A stretch of DNA of 64,000 bases from positions 320,001 to 384,000 of the forward strand of contig WJMO01000005.1 of assembly GCA_014727915.1 (NCBI GenBank). The letters run 5' to 3'. Numbering within the stretch: position 1 is the stretch's first letter; each line of letters starts with the position of its first letter. Positions 58,998-64,000 of this stretch are shown one piece after another. Made by a program: the position numbers and the translations under genes. The notes beneath the pieces are model-generated. The model was not told where the DNA came from and ran no database searches. It saw nothing but the letters and a program-made list of their open reading frames with translations. Source of the DNA: Candidatus Altiarchaeales archaeon. Lineage in GTDB: Archaea; Altiarchaeota; Altiarchaeia; IMC4; SCGC-AAA252-I15.

Positions 58998-59800
58998 GGA
59001 AACCTCAATATCTTCTTCGGGCAGGCGTCAACGCATTTCATGCACTTTATGCACTCCGAATCCGTTATCGCCTTTCCCTCCTGTATGTACTTCTCAGCCA
59101 CCAGAACGTCCATGGGACACTCCTTCTCGCAGTTCAGGCATTTGATGCACTCGCCGGCAGAGCGTATGGGAAGCAGATGAAACCTGGCGAACAATGCGAG
59201 GAAGCCTCCGACGGGACAGAGGTAACCGCACCACATCTTCCGCCCGTGGAAGAACACCAGCAGCGAGACGATAGCGAACACGGGCACGGCCATGAATATG
59301 ACATGGCCCGTCAACCCCTTGAACAGCACGCCCGCGGGGCAGTAGTCGCAGAAGGACGTGTAACCCACGAGGAACGAGAGTATCAGGAACCCGAACAACA
59401 CCACATACTTCAGGTTCACGTCCTTCAGGTCATCAGGGGCCTTGTGGGCTCCCTTGAAGGGTGAGACTTTTTCAACGGCATCGAGGAAGGTGCCGAAGGG
59501 GCACAGCCAACCGCAGAACATCCTCCCAGAAAGCATGGCAAAGCATGTGAAGGCAGCCACGATGATATACGGTGATATGGTGGGGAGTGTTGTTGAAGGG
59601 TTCAACAGGTCAACCCGCTCCAAACCCAGGTATACGATGGACTCTGCTCCGGCCCGGGCGAACAAATCCTGCAAGTGCCAGAAGGGGTCCAGCCAGCAGA
59701 CGCCCATGGGGTTGTTGAACAGGAGATAGGTCAACGCGATGGTCAAGGCTACCGCAGCCGCCTGAACACCCAACCGCATGTGAGCTTTCTTCACGTTCAT
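58994..59800 (-). CDS. NapH/MauN/RdxA-like membrane Fe-S protein
   Basis: GRMFCGWLCPFG, FCDYCPAG, WCGYLCPVG, CIKCLNCEKECP, CIKCMKCVDACP. Confidence 0.9.
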   Translation of the reverse strand: MNVKKAHMRLGVQAAAVALTIALTYLLFNNPMGVCWLDPFWHLQDLFARAGAESIVYLGLERVDLLNPSTTLPTISPYIIVAAFTCFAMLSGRMFCGWLCPFGTFLDAVEKVSPFKGAHKAPDDLKDVNLKYVVLFGFLILSFLVGYTSFCDYCPAGVLFKGLTGHVIFMAVPVFAIVSLLVFFHGRKMWCGYLCPVGGFLALFARFHLLPIRSAGECIKCLNCEKECPMDVLVAEKYIQEGKAITDSECIKCMKCVDACPKKILRFP

Positions 59801-60144
59801 TCTACCGTATGCTTGTCCCTCTCCTCTCTGATGTTCAACCTGGTCAAAACCTTCGTGGGGCAGCCTTCAACGCAGAGGCCGCACCTGTCCCAGTCGAACC
59901 GGTCCTCCTCCTCCACCCATGATAGGCAGGCGCTCCGGTTGATCACCGGGAACCCCCGCCCGTCCACTGACATGGCGTTCACGGGGCACTTGCTGATACC
60001 ATAGTATTCCCTCGGGCACAGGCCCTCGAAGGACGTCGCGTCCTGCCTGGCCAACAATAGCCCCACACCCACGACTACCGCCAGCATGAACAACAGGCCC
60101 ATCCACCTGTTACCCCCCCGCCTGGTAGCGTCGCGTATCTCCAC
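59797..60144 (-). CDS. Membrane-anchored ferredoxin-like protein
   Basis: TM, then CP...KCPVNAM and CGLCVEGCPT. Confidence 0.75.
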   Translation of the reverse strand: MEIRDATRRGGNRWMGLLFMLAVVVGVGLLLARQDATSFEGLCPREYYGISKCPVNAMSVDGRGFPVINRSACLSWVEEEDRFDWDRCGLCVEGCPTKVLTRLNIREERDKHTVE

Positions 60145-60147
60145 CTT

Positions 60148-60777
60148 CTAATCCTCCCTGTACAACAGCCTCGTCGGGCACACCACAGTGCAGACCCCGT
60201 CTTCGATGCACTTGTTCCTGTCTATGACCGGCTTCACCCTCCCATACTCGCCTTCGTCCTTCACCAGCTCCAAGGCGAACACGGGACAGATGGTCTCCCC
60301 CTGCTTCCCGAGGAGGCACCGTTCCAACCCAAAGTTCCTGCTGGCGTCCATGGCCTCCAATAGCACGGGGTTGAACCTGTAACCCACATCGGGCTTCACG
60401 ATCTCGGAGACCTTATCCCCGTTGAATAACACGATGAACGACGCGTCCTCGCCGTCGGAGATGAACATCTCCCCGCTAACGACCCGCTTGAACCTCACAA
60501 CATGCCCGCCCACGTCATCGTAGGCGTAGACGGAAAGGTACTGGCCCTCATACTCTGACCCTATCCCCTCGGACAGGGACACCCTCACACCCCCGTCAAC
60601 CGCTTCGATCGAATAGGATTCCCTCGGGAACGGCGGCCTGACCTCCGGCCTGCCGGCGTAGGCGCTGCCTATAGTCTTCCCCAGCACCTTCAAACCTCCC
60701 CCGCTCATCGCCGCGCTCGCCAGGTAGACCATGACCACAACCACGGCTATGAAAGCCAGTATGTTGTTCCTATTCAT
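60148..60777 (-). CDS. Membrane-anchored protein with C-terminal ferredoxin domain
   Basis: N-terminal TM; RCLL...ICPV and KCIEDGVCTVVCPT. Confidence 0.75.
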   Translation of the reverse strand: MNRNNILAFIAVVVVMVYLASAAMSGGGLKVLGKTIGSAYAGRPEVRPPFPRESYSIEAVDGGVRVSLSEGIGSEYEGQYLSVYAYDDVGGHVVRFKRVVSGEMFISDGEDASFIVLFNGDKVSEIVKPDVGYRFNPVLLEAMDASRNFGLERCLLGKQGETICPVFALELVKDEGEYGRVKPVIDRNKCIEDGVCTVVCPTRLLYRED

Positions 60778-61246
60778 TGAAGACACCATCCTCCTTAAGA
60801 TCACGTATCGTATCCGTTATGGGCAGCTCGATGGGGCAGCTGCGCTCGCAGGCGCCCTCCAACGGGTCGTACTTGGCAGCGTCTTTGACCCTGAGCATGC
60901 GAACCTCCACGACCAAACCCTCGCCGAACCGTTCTATTGCCTCTCCAGCGGTCATCCGCTCCCCATCCACCTCAACGGTCATGTCCGGGTCCGTGCTATA
61001 GGCCTCGTCCAACCTTAGCTGGAGGTTCCGGGCGCTCATGTAGATGTCCGGGTCGTCCACGGCCGCCGCCACGACGAACTTCGCCACATCGTAGCCGAGG
61101 GGGCAGTTGAGGTTGCAGGCCCTGCACTGGTAGCAGGTCAGCGACCACGGATGCCCCGAACTATAGGCTGTGTAGGCGAACAATGCCAGGATTGCGGCTA
61201 TCACAAAGAACGCCACCACGTTGAAACGTCGATTCCCCTCTTCCAT
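60770..61246 (-). CDS. Membrane-anchored HdrC-like Fe-S protein with a degenerate second cluster motif
   Basis: CYQCRACNLNCPLG and DPLEGACERSCPIEL. Confidence 0.75.
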   Translation of the reverse strand: MEEGNRRFNVVAFFVIAAILALFAYTAYSSGHPWSLTCYQCRACNLNCPLGYDVAKFVVAAAVDDPDIYMSARNLQLRLDEAYSTDPDMTVEVDGERMTAGEAIERFGEGLVVEVRMLRVKDAAKYDPLEGACERSCPIELPITDTIRDLKEDGVFNE

Positions 61247-61250
61247 CTTC

Positions 61251-61400
61251 CTAGAGTATGTACATCAACAGGCCCACAACGGCCCCGCCCAATAGTCCCT
61301 CCAAGCTCACGGGGCTCGTGTTGAATGATATGTTGAACATGACACCAACCGCTAAACCGGCTCCAAGGTTCAAGGCCATTTTCATCCTAGTCTCGTCCAT
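61251..61400 (-). CDS. 49-aa Gly-rich two-helix membrane peptide (paralog B)
   Basis: Not in ORF track: MDETRMKMALNLGAGLAVGVMFNISFNTSPVSLEGLLGGAVVGLLMYIL. Confidence 0.7.
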   Translation of the reverse strand: MDETRMKMALNLGAGLAVGVMFNISFNTSPVSLEGLLGGAVVGLLMYIL

Positions 61401-61403
61401 CCT

Positions 61404-61556
61404 TCATAGGAGGGCCATCAGCAAGCCCACGAGCAAGCCGCCCATCACACCTCCCCTGTCCTTCCAACTGTGATCCAATGAAATGTTTATCATTATCCCA
61501 GTGACCAAACCCACCCCGAGGGCCGCCGCAAACAGTTCAACCGTGTATCCAACCAT
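61404..61556 (-). CDS. 50-aa Gly-rich two-helix membrane peptide (paralog A)
   Basis: Not in ORF track: MVGYTVELFAAALGVGLVTGIMINISLDHSWKDRGGVMGGLLVGLLMALL. Confidence 0.7.
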   Translation of the reverse strand: MVGYTVELFAAALGVGLVTGIMINISLDHSWKDRGGVMGGLLVGLLMALL

Positions 61557-61558
61557 CT

Positions 61559-62881
61559 TCATATGAACCCCAACAAGCTTATCGTCAACGCCGCGAACCC
61601 GGTCCCAACCAGTATGCCCACCTGCTGGGGCCTCCCCGACACGCCGATGGCCGTGCCCAGGTTGCCCTCGCCGATGCCGCCGATGCCGCCGATGGGCGAG
61701 GGTCCGCAGGATGCCGCCGCATTAACGATGAAGGCGGTCAACACTATGGGAACCGCGAAGGCGCTTCCAGTAACATCTCCCAGGCGGGTGCCGAACATGA
61801 GCACCCCCGGTATCAAGGCCATCCCGATGATCCTCCCGCAGGGCATGGGCAGTATGGTGGGCAGGTTCACCAGCAGCACAGCCACACCCACGTAGCCGAG
61901 GGGCGTCAACGCCACATTCTCCAGCAATTCGATCAGGACGTCGAAGCTGCCCACCGCCACCAGCGCACCCGCCATTATGAAACCTGATATCATGGCCATC
62001 ACCGGGTGCAATATCACGCCCGCTACCAGGTCCTGTATCGAAGTTTCCGAGATCACCATCACGACCAATACTATGAGCATGAGTACCGTCTGGATCGGGA
62101 CCGGCGGCTTCAACACGAACACCGAGGTTATGGTCAGCAGGAATATGCCCAACGCCAGGTAACCGGACCTGGGGATCTTCTCAGTCTTCTCCTTTTTCTC
62201 CTCAGCCTCCTCCTCAACGTTCAACAATGACTCGGACGGCATTATCCTGTATATGAACCTGGTTGACAGCATGGTAACCGCCGTTATCAGCATTATAGCT
62301 ATCTGCTGGGCGTTCCCGAAGGATCCCAGCTCGTAGCCGCCCATCCCCTCCCCGACCATGCCGATGCCGCCGATGGGCGAGGGTCCGCAGGATGCCGCCG
62401 CATTAACGATGAAGCCGAAGACGATGATGCTAGCCAGCAGGGGGCTCTTCTTCGCCTTCGCGATGTTATGGCCGAACAGTATCGCCGCGGGTATGAGCGC
62501 GGCAGCCATTATCCTCCCGCAGGGCATCGCAAGTATCGTGGGAGTGTTCACCAGCAACGCGACCGTGCCCGTCATCCCCACTGGTGTCCTGCTCGCCCGC
62601 TCGAGCAGGTGGATCGCCGCCCGGAAGGCTCCCGCAGCCTCTAGGGCTCCGGCAACCAGGAAACCAGCTATCAACGCGGTGATCGGGTGCAGGTACAGGT
62701 TGGACATGAGCTCCCTGACGCCCACGCTGTTGCCTGACATGAACGCCAATACAACCAGGACAATCGATGATAGGATCAGCGCTGACTGTATCGGGAGGAT
62801 GTCCTGCCGTATCCACCCCCGGAGCGATGCTACTATCACCCCGAAGAAGATTATCAACCCGGTCAAGCCCAGCAAGTCCAT
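61559..62881 (-). CDS. Internally duplicated polytopic membrane protein (IT-superfamily/transporter-like) with Cys motifs
   Basis: Two halves, each with LHP..A.I.GF..AGAL, MPCGRI and NAAASCGPSPIGGIG. Confidence 0.75.
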   Translation of the reverse strand: MDLLGLTGLIIFFGVIVASLRGWIRQDILPIQSALILSSIVLVVLAFMSGNSVGVRELMSNLYLHPITALIAGFLVAGALEAAGAFRAAIHLLERASRTPVGMTGTVALLVNTPTILAMPCGRIMAAALIPAAILFGHNIAKAKKSPLLASIIVFGFIVNAAASCGPSPIGGIGMVGEGMGGYELGSFGNAQQIAIMLITAVTMLSTRFIYRIMPSESLLNVEEEAEEKKEKTEKIPRSGYLALGIFLLTITSVFVLKPPVPIQTVLMLIVLVVMVISETSIQDLVAGVILHPVMAMISGFIMAGALVAVGSFDVLIELLENVALTPLGYVGVAVLLVNLPTILPMPCGRIIGMALIPGVLMFGTRLGDVTGSAFAVPIVLTAFIVNAAASCGPSPIGGIGGIGEGNLGTAIGVSGRPQQVGILVGTGFAALTISLLGFI

Positions 62882-62882
62882 A

Positions 62883-63245
62883 CTAGAACCTCACCTTCCC
62901 CACTCTGTTGGCTATGGTCCTGGAGCCGATTTCGGTCAATCCCACCCTGGAGCCGACGGAGAGCTTGTCTATGCAGATGTTGCAGGGGCTTGTCTCAGCG
63001 GATACTACACTACCATCCTCCAATTCGACTTTCAAGGGCAGGCTGGCCTTGCCGGACTGGTCGCCCGTAGAACATGACATGCACCCGTTCACGGAGCAGG
63101 CTTTCACACCCTCCAAACCCAGCGAGAGTATAACACCTGTCCGCTGGGGTCTGAATAGGGTCTTGAAGTTCAGGTAGACCAGGTAGATGCCCAGGGCTAT
63201 CAAAAAACCGAAAACGCCCTGGTTTACCGCTTCGACCGGGTTCAT
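62883..63245 (-). CDS. Single-TM protein with Cys motifs (CxxxxCxxC, CxxC)
   Basis: Likely start MNPVEAV at 63245, 2 nt after the GcvH-like stop; the ORF-track extension overlaps that gene. Confidence 0.7.
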   Translation of the reverse strand: MNPVEAVNQGVFGFLIALGIYLVYLNFKTLFRPQRTGVILSLGLEGVKACSVNGCMSCSTGDQSGKASLPLKVELEDGSVVSAETSPCNICIDKLSVGSRVGLTEIGSRTIANRVGKVRF

Positions 63246-63247
63246 GA

Positions 63248-63667
63248 TCACTTGGCGTGCTTCTGGACTTCGGCCTTCTGCCACTCCACGGCGGCGTCGC
63301 CCTTCATGAGGTTGTCCACCTCGCCGGGGTCGCTCATCTCGACCTCGAAGATCCAGCCCTCCCCGTAGGGGTCGCTGTTTATCTTCGAGGGGTCGTCGTA
63401 TAGGTCCTGGTTCACCGCTGTTATGCTCCCCGAAACTGGCGCGTAGAGGTCGCCCACCCATTTCTTCGTCTCTATGGTGCCGACCTTGTCGTCCTGTTTG
63501 ACCTCGTCGCCCTCGAAGGGCATCATCACATAGCTTATCTCTCCGGCCAGCTTCTGCGTGAAGTCTGTGGCGCCGACCTTGCACTTGTTGCCTTCGACCT
63601 TCGCCCAGTAGTGCTCCCTGTGATAGTAGAGCTCTTCCGGGAGGTCGTATCCTTCAACGTCAACCAT
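63248..63667 (-). CDS. GcvH-family lipoyl carrier, LbpA-like
   Basis: LYYHREHYW, VGATDF, IETKKWVG lipoyl-Lys motif, APVSG, INSDPYGEGW; AGGTGA Shine-Dalgarno. Confidence 0.88.
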   Translation of the reverse strand: MVDVEGYDLPEELYYHREHYWAKVEGNKCKVGATDFTQKLAGEISYVMMPFEGDEVKQDDKVGTIETKKWVGDLYAPVSGSITAVNQDLYDDPSKINSDPYGEGWIFEVEMSDPGEVDNLMKGDAAVEWQKAEVQKHAK

Positions 63668-63683
63668 CCAAATCACCTATGAA

Positions 63684-64000
63684 TTATACTGGGGTGTAAG
63701 CGTATGCCTTGCCAAACGGCCTTGATGAACTGGGAGCTATCTTCGTGAACTTCTCTCCCTTCAGGAGCTCCGCTGGCACGTTGAAGTGGTCGCAGAACTT
63801 CTTCAATATCTCGTTCAACTCCCTCTGGTCCTCCTCGCTCATCTCCTTATTGGACGCGTATATGCCCAGCAGCTCCTCGCGGACGTCCCCGCGCATGTAT
63901 ATCTTCCCCCCGTGGATGCCGGCTCCAAGGTCTGTCTGGGCCAGTTCACACTCCATGAGCTTGATCTTCTTGGGGTCGATGTTCTTCTTCTCCATGGGCT
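63684..64000 (-). CDS. Glutamate synthase domain-3 (GXGXG, GltB3-like) protein, C-terminal part (runs off window end)
   Basis: LGAGIHGGKIYMRG...FTKIAPSSSRPFG..Y. Confidence 0.75.
   Translation of the reverse strand, partial: PMEKKNIDPKKIKLMECELAQTDLGAGIHGGKIYMRGDVREELLGIYASNKEMSEEDQRELNEILKKFCDHFNVPAELLKGEKFTKIAPSSSRPFGKAYAYTPV

Noticed and set aside
61679-62414. Diversity-generating retroelement TR/VR pair
   Set aside because: The copies are identical with no adenine-specific mismatches, and no reverse transcriptase is present in the window.
62883-63584. 233-aa ORF as given in the track
   Set aside because: The N-terminal ~113 aa is an alternative frame of the GcvH-like gene; the likely start is 63245.

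Overview
Archaeal chromosomal window, GC-rich with short AT-rich TATA-type intergenic gaps. Archaeal markers include an HMf-type histone, archaeal-type LeuRS and ValRS, a KaiC-like ATPase and an OapA/ArvA GTPase. The abundance of Cys-rich, Thr-stalk surface proteins suggests a DPANN-associated lineage such as Ca. Altiarchaeota (inference). Housekeeping genes (panB, asd, leuS, valS, glmU-like, MEMO1, mazG, GS-III, gdhA, tRNA-Ser) are interspersed with many orphan proteins that carry degenerate enzyme motifs (pentein, LAGLIDADG, RsbT-like, GNAT, HAD, kinase-like). The strongest candidate for an undescribed system is a tightly packed minus-strand operon of at least 13 genes (55727 to >64000). It joins a glutamate-synthase GXGXG-domain subunit, an LbpA-like lipoyl carrier, a lipoate ligase, HdrB/HdrC-like proteins, several membrane-anchored Fe-S proteins, a CcdA-like protein, a Cys-motif transporter and two unannotated ~50-aa paralogous membrane peptides. 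Other notable items are a tRNA-Ser preceded by identical 77-bp hairpin repeats built from its own 5' end and followed by a 3'-end duplication with palindromes, an unannotated 29-aa bS22/mS38-like basic protein, a tandem pair of 443-aa orphan paralogs, and a candidate structured ncRNA near gdhA. No CRISPR array, rRNA, integrase or transposase was seen. All family calls come from motif recognition by eye; no database search was run.
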